Source: a virus (taxonomy: Duplodnaviria > Caudoviricetes). From it: a stretch of DNA of 50,978 nt. The notes under the pieces are model-generated. The model saw only the letters and a program-made list of their open reading frames with translations. It was not told the DNA's origin and made no database searches. The translations under genes were made by a program, and so were the position numbers. Below, in pieces: positions 1-9,176 of the stretch (the stretch's first letter is position 1; each line of letters starts with the position of its first letter). Location: the IMG/VR virus record IMGVR_UViG_3300010401_000014, positions 1 to 50,978 of that record. One strand, written 5' to 3'.

Positions 1-123
1 ATTGGACCTGGAAAAGATGTAGAAGATGTTGAATTTGAGATAGCTGGAAAGGGAAAATTTAAAGCAAAAAAAGTTTATAGAAAGCAAATGCTTCTACGTA
101 TTCCACCTAGGTTAGATGAAATG
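1..123. repeat. Terminal direct repeat (copy 1); assembly circularity overlap
   Basis: Identical to 50856-50978; one reading frame runs through the junction. Confidence 0.95.
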
Positions 124-255
124 ATAACTACTGCTAGTTTACTTCTAAACAAGCCAAAAAATCAATTTGAAATTGAATTCCATGAAAGATTTTTGGTTGC
201 ATTTATGCAAGAAAAAGGTTTAGACGTTATTAAAGGTGAGGTATTTTCCAGGTGA
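1..255 (+). CDS. 3' part of a junction-spanning 97-aa putative ribbon-helix-helix DNA-binding protein (TTG start at 50817)
   Basis: Own translation across the junction: MSNKGTRYKE...KQMLLRIPPRLDEMITTASLLLNKPKNQF...VFSR*; AAGGA upstream; Arc/RHH-like strand-helix-helix pattern. Confidence 0.6.
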   Translation: MGPGKDVEDVEFEIAGKGKFKAKKVYRKQMLLRIPPRLDEMITTASLLLNKPKNQFEIEFHERFLVAFMQEKGLDVIKGEVFSR

Positions 256-324
256 TAAGAATTTTGTTGGTAACAGTTTTAGTTATATGTATTTTACTTA
301 TGATACTAAAGGTTAAATATCCAC

Positions 325-780
325 ATGATTGAACTAAAAGAAAAATGTAATATATTTGATAAAGTTGACGAAGGCTTTGTTGGTATACTTACGAACGGCG
401 TAGTAAAACCTAATGGTTGTTTAGTAATGGGAGCAGGCCAAGCTAAAGAAGCTTTAGATTTGTTTCCGTTTATTGACGCAGTATTAGGCGATCATGTAAA
501 AGAACATGGAAATATTCCAAAGTTATTTGAGATGCTTGATAAATTTGAAGTACCTGCTGATTTATTTTCATTTCCTACAAAGGTACATTTTCGTGAACCA
601 TCGTCATTTGAACTTATCAAGAATTCCGCAAAATGGTTAGATGATACTGCTAGAGAAAATGCAAGTGAATTATTCTTTTTACCTCGACCTGGATGCGGAT
701 TAGGTGGATTAAGATGGGATGATGTTAGATATAATATTAGTTTCTTACCTGATAATGTAATAATTGTAACTAACACATAA
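325..780 (+). CDS. Macrodomain (ADP-ribose processing, DarG/TARG1-like) protein
   Basis: Motifs TNGVV..VMGAGQAK, FPTKVHF, LPRPGCGLGGLRW. Confidence 0.85.
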   Translation: MIELKEKCNIFDKVDEGFVGILTNGVVKPNGCLVMGAGQAKEALDLFPFIDAVLGDHVKEHGNIPKLFEMLDKFEVPADLFSFPTKVHFREPSSFELIKNSAKWLDDTARENASELFFLPRPGCGLGGLRWDDVRYNISFLPDNVIIVTNT

Positions 781-782
781 TT

Positions 783-1079
783 ATGGAACATCAATATAAT
801 AGCGGTGATAACGAACCTGAATATTTAAGGTTTCAAGAAAACTTACAAGTAGATGTTAATGAGAAATTCTATAAAACAAGAAAATGGTATGTTATTATAG
901 AATTCAAATCTCTAACAATTGGAGAAGTTAGATGGTATTTTGGATGGAAAAAATACTGTTTTTATCCTAATGTACTAAAAAAAGAAATACCACTAGAGCA
1001 TAGATGCCTAAAAGACATTGCAGAATTTTGTGTTGAACAAACAAGAGAGTATAACATTGGAAGAACTAATAAAAACTAA
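783..1079 (+). CDS. Hypothetical phage protein
   Basis: 98-aa ORF in tight operon. Confidence 0.6.
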   Translation: MEHQYNSGDNEPEYLRFQENLQVDVNEKFYKTRKWYVIIEFKSLTIGEVRWYFGWKKYCFYPNVLKKEIPLEHRCLKDIAEFCVEQTREYNIGRTNKN

Positions 1080-2052
1080 AATCTCAGACATTTATGTTAC
1101 AAAAGAACGTGAAGAAATTGATGGTATTGAACCATTAGCACAATCAATTTCTCAAGCTGGCAGATTAATTGAACCTGTAATTCTTTATAGAGATGAAAAA
1201 AATAGAATACTTGTAGCAGCAGGTAGACGAAGAATTCGCGCCTTAGAAATGCTTAAATGGGAATATGTTGATGCTATATTTTGCACACAGCAAGAAGCTG
1301 AATTAATTAGAATTGATGAAAACTTACGTAGACAAGAATTAACTGCTTTTCAGCGTGCAAAATCTATTAGAGAAAGAGTAGAAATATTAAAACGGATGGG
1401 AATTGGAGTAGGAAAGAATGAAGGAAAAAGAGGGCGTCCACCTGGTGGAAAAACAGAAGCAATTAAAAGAGCGGCTAGAGACATTGGAGCTAGCGTTTCT
1501 ACAATTAAAAGAGAACTTCAAATTGCTGACATATCGAAGAATGCTTCTGAGAAGATCGCTGGGACTAAGCTAGAAAATGATAAGATGATGTTAGTTAGAA
1601 TTGCTCAACAACCTAAAGAAAAACATTTAAGGTTAGTTGACGCAATTCAATCCGGTGAGACTTTTGAAGAAGCAATGAGAAAGCTTGAGTCTAAAGAGCT
1701 AAAAGGACAAGAATGGCCTGATGATTTCAACGATATCTTTATTTACAATAGACGTGAACTGTTCTTTCTAATTAGCAAGATTAAGGGAGAGTTAAATCGA
1801 AATTATAGCATTCTATCTAAGTATAAAGGAAAACCCCATAGGAACCAAATTTATCAAGCAGCAGTAAAAATGAGAGAATTCTATGAAGAAATAATCGCCA
1901 ATCTACTGCTTGCAATTCCTACAGGGCCTTGCCCGTATTGCGATTTTAAAGGTTGTGAGAAATGTTTATTTGATGGTTATGCTCCTAAAGGTTTATTAAT
2001 AACAGCAGAAGAAGAAGGAATTATGGTGAAGAAATACTATTTCAGTAGATAG
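1018..2052 (+). CDS. ParB/Spo0J-like protein with HTH and C-terminal Cys cluster
   Basis: LIEPVIL..VAAGRRRIRA..IDENLRRQELT (ParB N-domain); HTH AARDIGASVSTIKR; CPYC..CEKC. Confidence 0.85.
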   Translation: MQNFVLNKQESITLEELIKTKISDIYVTKEREEIDGIEPLAQSISQAGRLIEPVILYRDEKNRILVAAGRRRIRALEMLKWEYVDAIFCTQQEAELIRIDENLRRQELTAFQRAKSIRERVEILKRMGIGVGKNEGKRGRPPGGKTEAIKRAARDIGASVSTIKRELQIADISKNASEKIAGTKLENDKMMLVRIAQQPKEKHLRLVDAIQSGETFEEAMRKLESKELKGQEWPDDFNDIFIYNRRELFFLISKIKGELNRNYSILSKYKGKPHRNQIYQAAVKMREFYEEIIANLLLAIPTGPCPYCDFKGCEKCLFDGYAPKGLLITAEEEGIMVKKYYFSR

Positions 2053-2856
2053 CTAAACTAGATCCTTTGCAATCAAATCAGCAGCAAGATTCTTTAGCTT
2101 TTCAATGCGATCTTTGCCTATTGGCCTTCCGCCCCATCCGACCATTAACTTTACTGTCTCTTTAGATGCATCAGAAAGTTTTACAGATTTAGGCGATTCA
2201 ACATGAGGCGTTTCCACTGGAACAGGATTTGTAGTAGGTTTAGGAGTTACATTTAAATTAGTAGCCTCTTTAGGAAGAACAAAGCTAGTAATTTCACCTT
2301 GACCCAAAGCGTTCATTATATAAACTTCTCTACCATCAAGATTCAACTTCCACATGAAACCGTTTTCTTTAGTTTCATCTTTAGTTAAATAAGGCTTCTG
2401 CAGAGTACCGTTAGGAGAAAGATCAATTTTTACTTTGTATTGCGCCAGTGCTCCGTCAGTACCAATTCCAGTTGCAGCTAAATCAACTACTTCTTGAAAT
2501 GTTGGGATACCATCATATTTATCTTTACTACCAAGTAATCCAGCTTCAAATGCTCGTTTTAGAACTTCAAAATTATTCGGCATTCGCTCGGCAGAAGGTC
2601 CTACCCACTGAACACCTGGAATTGCTTCGCCATAACGCATCGCATAGTTATCGCGTGAAGTAACTTGTCCTGATCCACCATCGTAATGCTGAGGAATAAA
2701 CGCTTGAATCTCTTCACGAAATTGTCCAGATGTAAGAATTCTTTTAACTCTATTTGTGTTTGGGTCAATAGCTCCAGTAGGATCAGCAGTAAACCATCTA
2801 ACAGTTTTCACACCAAACATTGAAGGCTTGAATCCAGTACCTAGCTCTTTTTCCAT
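2053..2856 (-). CDS. Hypothetical protein, last gene of late operon
   Basis: 267-aa ORF, AAGGA RBS, abuts the convergent ParB gene. Confidence 0.7.
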   Translation of the reverse strand: MEKELGTGFKPSMFGVKTVRWFTADPTGAIDPNTNRVKRILTSGQFREEIQAFIPQHYDGGSGQVTSRDNYAMRYGEAIPGVQWVGPSAERMPNNFEVLKRAFEAGLLGSKDKYDGIPTFQEVVDLAATGIGTDGALAQYKVKIDLSPNGTLQKPYLTKDETKENGFMWKLNLDGREVYIMNALGQGEITSFVLPKEATNLNVTPKPTTNPVPVETPHVESPKSVKLSDASKETVKLMVGWGGRPIGKDRIEKLKNLAADLIAKDLV

Positions 2857-2880
2857 TTTAATATTCCTTTAACTAGTTAA

Positions 2881-3066
2881 CTAATCTCCACCGCCTGCGC
2901 AATTAGAAGGATCTATTTTTCTCCAGTTATCAATATTATCTTTCTTGAATTGATCTAAATTCCTTTCCCACTTGCTTTTAGTAGTTAACTTTCCTTGAAA
3001 CAATTCTTTTACTGCTAAAAACAAAACTCCAAAAACAAGTATTGCAATTGCTATTAGCCAATCCAT
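2881..3066 (-). CDS. Small single-TM membrane protein (lysis-cluster candidate)
   Basis: Probable start MDWLIAIAILVFGVLFLAV immediately after the upstream stop. Confidence 0.55.
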   Translation of the reverse strand: MDWLIAIAILVFGVLFLAVKELFQGKLTTKSKWERNLDQFKKDNIDNWRKIDPSNCAGGGD

Positions 3067-3067
3067 A

Positions 3068-3385
3068 TTAATTACCAATTGGAAAATTTGCTTGCTGTTC
3101 TCCTGCGCTTCCTTTGATTGGTGTAAATGTAACCTCTCTACGATAGATATTAAAAATACCAGCAGCAACACCAATAACCTTAACTGAAATTACTGCAATT
3201 TTTGGATCAAAAGCTTCATTAAGAAAATCACAAATCAATTTAACAATCTCATCAGATCCAAATAGAATAGTAAAAATGAAAGCTATATTACCCCAATGTG
3301 TAATAGATTTAATTCTATCCTTTGGAGTAACTACTACTTGATCTTTTGAATTATCTACTACTACAAGCTTTTCATCTGGCTGCAT
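3068..3385 (-). CDS. Putative holin (two hydrophobic segments)
   Basis: KSITHWGNIAFIFTILF and IAVISVKVIGVAAGIFNIYRR; position after tail genes. Confidence 0.5.
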   Translation of the reverse strand: MQPDEKLVVVDNSKDQVVVTPKDRIKSITHWGNIAFIFTILFGSDEIVKLICDFLNEAFDPKIAVISVKVIGVAAGIFNIYRREVTFTPIKGSAGEQQANFPIGN

Positions 3386-3393
3386 AATTTATC

Positions 3394-3879
3394 CTAACCT
3401 GCAAACTTAAAGATTAAAGTTAATATAGCAACCAGTGCTATAATTCCAGAAATAATCCATCCTAGAAATTGAGTTATTCCTCCGCTTTTACCTTCTTGCT
3501 TATCAAGCTTTGAGGAAAGTGAATTAACTAGAGTAGTAACATTCCCTATTTTTTCATCTAATGCTGCAAACTTTGCATCAGATTCAACTCTAGTTATATT
3601 TAATCTTTGAGCGTCGGCCATAGCTCCGCGAATTTCATTCATTCCCTCAAATCTTTTATCAGAAGCACTTTCCGCTTTCTGTACTGCTTTTTCAGCAGAA
3701 GCCATTGCTACAGTCGTAGCTTCTTTAGATAAATTAAACCTTAAATCATTTTGTTCCTGTGCTGCTTTTAGCAAGCTTTCAAGATGATTAACTTTAGATT
3801 CAAGTAAATCTATAAAGTTTTTCTTTTGAGCATTATATAGCTCTTCAAAGAAACGCAGTATAGGAATTTCTAATTCCAC
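3394..3879 (-). CDS. Coiled-coil protein with C-terminal TM anchor
   Basis: Heptad-rich body; C-terminal FLGWIISGIIALVAILTLIF. Confidence 0.65.
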   Translation of the reverse strand: MELEIPILRFFEELYNAQKKNFIDLLESKVNHLESLLKAAQEQNDLRFNLSKEATTVAMASAEKAVQKAESASDKRFEGMNEIRGAMADAQRLNITRVESDAKFAALDEKIGNVTTLVNSLSSKLDKQEGKSGGITQFLGWIISGIIALVAILTLIFKFAG

Positions 3880-3899
3880 TTACTTAATTCCAGTTTAGT

Positions 3900-4115
3900 T
3901 TAGATCGCCTTTTGCTGTTCCAGATAATCTAGAATTTCTTGACAATATTTAGCTACAGCTTCTGTTCTAGATATAAATTCTTTAACTTGATCCTGCGTAG
4001 GCTCTACATTAAATTGATCTCGATATTCGACAATTGTATTCTCAGTGCATTTCATTTGATGAACAAGTGCAGCCATGTTATCAATGATTTCTTTTGCGCA
4101 GCGAATTCCGCCCAT
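3900..4115 (-). CDS. Hypothetical protein
   Basis: 71-aa ORF co-oriented in operon with GAGGA upstream. Confidence 0.55.
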   Translation of the reverse strand: MGGIRCAKEIIDNMAALVHQMKCTENTIVEYRDQFNVEPTQDQVKEFISRTEAVAKYCQEILDYLEQQKAI

Positions 4116-4120
4116 TTTAT

Positions 4121-4420
4121 TTAATCCTCGTCTTTCTTTAATCTAAAACCGCGTTCTAATAACTGGCGCTCTAGTCTTTCTCTTTTTAAGATTTCAACCT
4201 TCAAATCTTCTCTCAAGTCTAAATCCCTAGATTTTGATTCTATTTCTATTCTTGTTTTCTCCTCTCTTAGATTGTTATATCTTTCTGTTAAAGTTGCACC
4301 CCACCAAACGCCGCCTATTAATTCACCTAAAGCAAATAAGAAAACAACAATTGGTATTGTAATTCCTGATTTAGAATCTAGGCGTACATTTCCATTTCCG
4401 TTGCCATTATCACCAGCCAT
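4121..4420 (-). CDS. TM plus coiled-coil protein (holin/lysis accessory candidate)
   Basis: ITIPIVVFLFALGELIGGVWWG followed by a charged coil. Confidence 0.55.
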   Translation of the reverse strand: MAGDNGNGNGNVRLDSKSGITIPIVVFLFALGELIGGVWWGATLTERYNNLREEKTRIEIESKSRDLDLREDLKVEILKRERLERQLLERGFRLKKDED

Positions 4421-4459
4421 TTCTCACCTATAAAATTTAAATATACATTCTAGATAGTA

Positions 4460-4858
4460 TTAAGGCTGAATATCAGAATCGTTATTTATTGCTATAGTTG
4501 TTGCAATTGTTGCGTTTGCTTCTTTTTCTTCTCCAGATTTTCTAGCGTTTCGCAGAAATGTAATCACAGCAACATCAATTGCCTGTAAACAAGTTTGAGG
4601 ATTAGGAACCTGCGTGTTAAGTTGTCCCGATGTACATTGTCCTGCATTTACCATCGTCTGACCGCATAAAACAGTCGCAGTCCACCCAATTCCGCGGCAA
4701 GTATCATCTTTAACATCTACGGCTTTTGTAGTAGCTATAACGTATGAAGCTTTTAATGTAGTTGTTCCGTCTCCATTATTAGTAGTAATAACAGTAGAAA
4801 ATAATGGAATAGATAAAAAAACCAGTAAAGCAATGAATACTATAGTTTTCTTATACAT
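4460..4858 (-). CDS. Signal-peptide protein with four Cys
   Basis: Probable start MYKKTIVFIALLVFLSIPLFS; Thr/Asn-rich mature part. Confidence 0.65.
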   Translation of the reverse strand: MYKKTIVFIALLVFLSIPLFSTVITTNNGDGTTTLKASYVIATTKAVDVKDDTCRGIGWTATVLCGQTMVNAGQCTSGQLNTQVPNPQTCLQAIDVAVITFLRNARKSGEEKEANATIATTIAINNDSDIQP

Positions 4859-4887
4859 TGCTAATGTCCTATCTTGGTTGAAAATAA

Positions 4888-6282
4888 CTATGGAGAATCC
4901 CACGCACGGCAAAATGAACCTCTATATATTGTTAATGTTCCAGAACTATGCGTAGCTTGAGCATATCTAGGAATAAACGTACCATTACCACTGGATTCAA
5001 ATGAAAAATGAACCTGAATTTCGCTGTCTCCAGTAACAGTAGCAACCGAAACAGCCGTACTTAATGACGTAACTTGTTGTGATTTTATAAGAGCTGTGTC
5101 TGTAATTTTAACATGAGCTCTAAAATCTGTTGCAGTTGCAGTCCCTCCATTAAAATCTACCTGTACACCTTCACCTGCTACAGAATCATTGACAAAGAAA
5201 GTACATTCACCATCATAATTTCTACCAGTTGTTAAAGTCATTGAAAGGCCAGTGGTTGCCATTGTTGCAGTTGCGTTTGTACCATTAGAAGAAAGATGAG
5301 ATTGGCCAGCCCATTGGTACCACTGATTATGCGAAGAACCTCCAAATCCTAAAACTTTAGTGGTTACAGATCCTATTGTGATAGCACCGCCATTTAAAGC
5401 AAGCGTACATCCGTTTGCGCCAAGACAAATATTAACTCCGCCGCTATAAAGAACTTGCAATATACTATCATTAGGATTACCGCTATGTACATCTAATAAT
5501 GATGTACCAAGTGGATCAGACATAATATAATAATTAGCATTTGATACTGCTGCTAATTTTAAAGCGCCAGCACTAGGTGAACTGCTATTTGTTATAACAC
5601 CAAGGGTAGAGCTAGTGCTTCTAGTCATAACTTCTGTACCACTTCCCGGTACCGTAATTCCGGGTAATGCGCATGTGAGATTTCCAGAAGCATCAATTGC
5701 ATTAGCAAAATTTGATCCAGAGCAGTCTGTAGGATTTGTAACTAATGCTGTAGCAGTTGTAGCTGCTCCACCTGGACTAGAACTTCCTGCGTAATTTCCT
5801 GTTACACTTACTCCTAATGCAGGAGTTAAACAAGTTAAATTTCCAGAAGAATCAATACTAACTGCAAAAGTATTAGATCCGCAATCAGTAGGATTAGTAG
5901 CAAGTGCAACAGAAGTTAACGCAGGTCCACCTTCACTTGAACTAGTTGCATAATTACCATTTGTTTCAGTGCCAAGTATAGGCGTTGAGCAGGTAATATT
6001 TCCAAATGTATCTATACTTGATGCAAATGTATTAGCTGGACAATCAGTAGGATTTGTTACTAACTGAACGCATTGTAAAGCAGAACCACCTTCACTTCCG
6101 CTTAATGCCCAATTAAACTGTACTTTTGCAGCAGTAACAGCATCATCAACAATTTTAACAGTAGTTACAGAATTATCATCTGGCGTTCCACCACCAGCTT
6201 CCGTATAAATTCCTCCAGAGCTTTGAGAATTTCCAATTGATGGAAACAATATAATTATAAGTAATAATAGAAACTTTTTCAT
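4888..6282 (-). CDS. Signal-peptide, Cys-repeat tail-fibre-like protein
   Basis: MKKFLLLLIIILFPSIGNS; fibre-type DNSVTTVKIVDDAVTAAKV; three TNPTDC..ID..GNLTC repeats at 53-aa period; beta-rich C-terminal domain. Confidence 0.65.
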   Translation of the reverse strand: MKKFLLLLIIILFPSIGNSQSSGGIYTEAGGGTPDDNSVTTVKIVDDAVTAAKVQFNWALSGSEGGSALQCVQLVTNPTDCPANTFASSIDTFGNITCSTPILGTETNGNYATSSSEGGPALTSVALATNPTDCGSNTFAVSIDSSGNLTCLTPALGVSVTGNYAGSSSPGGAATTATALVTNPTDCSGSNFANAIDASGNLTCALPGITVPGSGTEVMTRSTSSTLGVITNSSSPSAGALKLAAVSNANYYIMSDPLGTSLLDVHSGNPNDSILQVLYSGGVNICLGANGCTLALNGGAITIGSVTTKVLGFGGSSHNQWYQWAGQSHLSSNGTNATATMATTGLSMTLTTGRNYDGECTFFVNDSVAGEGVQVDFNGGTATATDFRAHVKITDTALIKSQQVTSLSTAVSVATVTGDSEIQVHFSFESSGNGTFIPRYAQATHSSGTLTIYRGSFCRAWDSP

Positions 6283-6291
6283 CTGATATAC

Positions 6292-6657
6292 CTACTGAGT
6301 GTGAATCGTAAGCTCTGTAGTACCTGAGTTTCTGTCTACAAACAATCCAAGAGTAATACGTGGCCCTGTAGAACCTAACGGAATTCTTGTACTTTCGCCA
6401 GCGTTTAATGTAATCTTAGAAAGAAGTTTTTCTCCGGCAACGCTAGTACCATTTCTTAGAGTAACTTCTGCCCTGTTTACATCAGACGTGTTAGTTACTG
6501 TAACAAAAATAAGTCTATAAAATCGACCAGTACCAGGGGCAGAAATAGCTTGAACATCACCACTTCCAGAAACCACATTAGTTACTACTGTATCAGTGGC
6601 GGCAAATACAGGAAAAGATAAAATAGCTAGTAGTAGAAAAATTGAATATCTCTTCAT
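6292..6657 (-). CDS. Signal-peptide beta-rich protein
   Basis: MKRYSIFLLLAILSFPVFA|ATD. Confidence 0.7.
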   Translation of the reverse strand: MKRYSIFLLLAILSFPVFAATDTVVTNVVSGSGDVQAISAPGTGRFYRLIFVTVTNTSDVNRAEVTLRNGTSVAGEKLLSKITLNAGESTRIPLGSTGPRITLGLFVDRNSGTTELTIHTQ

Positions 6658-6665
6658 ATATTCAC

Positions 6666-7166
6666 CTAGCTAAGCGTAGAGCATTTCCATGTATTAGTAG
6701 CAGTACAGGCGCAAATAGCTGGAACTTGTGTATCGATGTAAGTATTACCAACTGCGCAAGTAGCTGGTTTTGATACAGTATTCCCGTTTTGTTGAACAGT
6801 TAGTTGACATGATAGATTTCCAGAAGCATCAATTGCATTTGCATATTGATTAGCAGAACAATCAGTTGGGTTAGTAACCAAAGATACACACTGTAATGCT
6901 GATCCACCTTCGCTTCCACTTAATGCCCAATTTACTTGCAGCTTTGCAGCAGTAACCGAATTGTCAGCTAATTCCGTAGTAGAAATAATTCCTGCGCTAT
7001 TGGTATCATCGCACAAGGCATCCAGGTTTGCCCAATTTTTTATAGCTTCTCGATAAGTCATATGAAGTTTTTCAGTGGTAGTATTAGGACATACACTTGC
7101 CGCATATGCAGGCCACGAAGAAAAAACAATAGAAAGAACAAAGATTAGAATTCGTAGAAAATTCAT
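6666..7166 (-). CDS. Signal-peptide Cys-rich fibre-like protein (shares a module with 4888-6282)
   Basis: MNFLRILIFVLSIVFSSWPAYA|; DNSVTAAKLQVNWALSGSEGGSALQC..TNPTDC; nine Cys. Confidence 0.65.
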   Translation of the reverse strand: MNFLRILIFVLSIVFSSWPAYAASVCPNTTTEKLHMTYREAIKNWANLDALCDDTNSAGIISTTELADNSVTAAKLQVNWALSGSEGGSALQCVSLVTNPTDCSANQYANAIDASGNLSCQLTVQQNGNTVSKPATCAVGNTYIDTQVPAICACTATNTWKCSTLS

Positions 7167-7178
7167 TTATCCAACTCC

Positions 7179-7679
7179 CTATTCACGAGTAAATCGTTGT
7201 GGAATTCCAACTGAACCTGATTCATTCCAAGTTGCCAAAGCTTGTGTTTCTCTCTTAAATCCACTTACAGGACATTCTAAATGTAAGTGACTTGGATTTA
7301 GATTGTAAATAGTCGATAATTTATCTCCTTGAGCCATAGGGAAAAGATCATTTAATCTGCGAGTCGCAAAATTAGCCTTAGGAAATCTCTTTTGCATCAT
7401 TAGATCAATACTGTGGACTCTTGGATCAACTAATTCTCTAACTGAAACATCCGCAGCGCATCCATAGTAATGCGGAGAATCTTTCTTAGCTAACTCTTCT
7501 GGAGTATTACCCAATAGTCTAATAATTCTTAATCTAGAAGCTCCTAACTCGTGATAAATCATTGCTGATGATATAATCATAAATCTCAATGATGGCTCAA
7601 TATTTGAAGAATACCATTGTTTCTCAAGAATTTCTTCAAACTGAGTTGTAAATCGAATGTGCGCGCCTGGCCGGATCAT
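7179..7679 (-). CDS. Peptidase M15-like zinc peptidase (cell-wall hydrolase candidate)
   Basis: SPHYYGCAAD (H-x6-D) and HLHLE (HxH) motifs. Confidence 0.7.
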   Translation of the reverse strand: MIRPGAHIRFTTQFEEILEKQWYSSNIEPSLRFMIISSAMIYHELGASRLRIIRLLGNTPEELAKKDSPHYYGCAADVSVRELVDPRVHSIDLMMQKRFPKANFATRRLNDLFPMAQGDKLSTIYNLNPSHLHLECPVSGFKRETQALATWNESGSVGIPQRFTRE

Positions 7680-7680
7680 A

Positions 7681-9156
7681 TTATGGGATCTCTAAGTTAA
7701 GAGTTATTAAAATCTTACTGGGTCCAGTGGCAGGAATATCATCTACTTCTATCTCTAATCTAGTATTTTTTTCTAAAACTCTATCAGTAGGCCATGCATC
7801 ATTAAAATGAAAATCATCTCCTTGAATTATTGGCCGCAAATTTTGATCGTCAAAGATTGTAGTAAATGCTGAACCATCAACAGACTTGTTTATATCAACT
7901 TTTGTATCACCTGCGCCAGTGCCACCAATAACGGATGAATAAATAGAAATTATATATGCTTTTCTACTTCCATTATAATGAGCGTAATCAACATCAGAAA
8001 TTGCAAGCAACGGTCCACCACTTGCATAAATATCTAATTTTTCAACCTGTACACCAATGAATCTACGTAAATCTACTATTTGAGTAATAACCCCAGCAAC
8101 CGTAAAGAAGATATATAGAGGCATTTCTTTCTCTTGATCTATTTCTCCTGTAATGTTAAGCGTGAAGTTACGATCATTTCTAAGAAATAGATAGTTAGTT
8201 TCGTTGTCAGTAAGTGCGAAATTAGTTACTTTATTATGGTATAGAAGATTATTATTTACCTGTGCTATACCATGATGAATTACGATGTTTAACCCGTTTG
8301 TAGTTACTGCAAATCTATCCAGATTCCATACATTCTCAATATCTGCATCTTGAATTAATCCAGTAGAATCTTGTTTAACCCACGCTAAGATATAAACTAG
8401 ACTTTCATCTATAACTGGTTTAACTGGTGGATTTCCGTTTAATCCTTTAACTATACCAACAGAAGATCCATCGAAAGTTAATGCTGCATAAAACTTATTA
8501 GCTCCAGCAGGAACTGCTGATGCAGAATCATCTGTCCCAATGTCAACTAAATCTTCTTTAACAGCACCAGCTAAATTATTAACCCATCCAAATACTTTTG
8601 GAACTAAAACTTGCGAATCTGCGCCACCTGGATTTTGAACTACATTGGCAAAATCAATTAAAAAATTTCTAGATGAATCACCTAATCCAGAAACAATACC
8701 ATTACCAATTCCTTCAAAGAATCCATTACCTAAAGCTATGTATGGTTTTCTTTCTACTCTAACTTTAACTTGGTAAACAGCAACTTGAGAACTTTCAAGG
8801 GAAAGAATTCTAGCCTCTATAGCAATAAAACCACCGTCTAATAAACTTGGGATAATTAAATAAGATCCCGCGCCCATTAACTGCCATGCAGAATCACCTT
8901 TAATTCTAGCTTGGAGATACTTGTTTTCTACAAATTCTTCATTCTCTGCTACAAATGGATCTTCACTAACTTTTCGACAAAGAATAGAAACTAGTAATCC
9001 TTCTTCATTCTGTCCACTGTTATTTTTAAAATGCCATTCTTGAATAGCTGTAGCTGTACCACCAATAACATCATTAAATTCAAAACCTACTCCACCCTCA
9101 CTTACAGGAGCAAGTTTAACAGTATCATCAGAATTACACCATTCAAAATCAGCCAT
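7681..9156 (-). CDS. Minor tail / fibre-attachment protein
   Basis: 491-aa acidic beta-rich ORF in the tail-tip cluster. Confidence 0.55.
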   Translation of the reverse strand: MADFEWCNSDDTVKLAPVSEGGVGFEFNDVIGGTATAIQEWHFKNNSGQNEEGLLVSILCRKVSEDPFVAENEEFVENKYLQARIKGDSAWQLMGAGSYLIIPSLLDGGFIAIEARILSLESSQVAVYQVKVRVERKPYIALGNGFFEGIGNGIVSGLGDSSRNFLIDFANVVQNPGGADSQVLVPKVFGWVNNLAGAVKEDLVDIGTDDSASAVPAGANKFYAALTFDGSSVGIVKGLNGNPPVKPVIDESLVYILAWVKQDSTGLIQDADIENVWNLDRFAVTTNGLNIVIHHGIAQVNNNLLYHNKVTNFALTDNETNYLFLRNDRNFTLNITGEIDQEKEMPLYIFFTVAGVITQIVDLRRFIGVQVEKLDIYASGGPLLAISDVDYAHYNGSRKAYIISIYSSVIGGTGAGDTKVDINKSVDGSAFTTIFDDQNLRPIIQGDDFHFNDAWPTDRVLEKNTRLEIEVDDIPATGPSKILITLNLEIP

Positions 9157-9176
9157 AATCTATAAAACTCCCAGCT

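Noticed and set aside
4888-7166. Diversity-generating retroelement TR/VR pair
   Set aside because: No reverse transcriptase; differences between copies are mostly synonymous and not adenine-specific.
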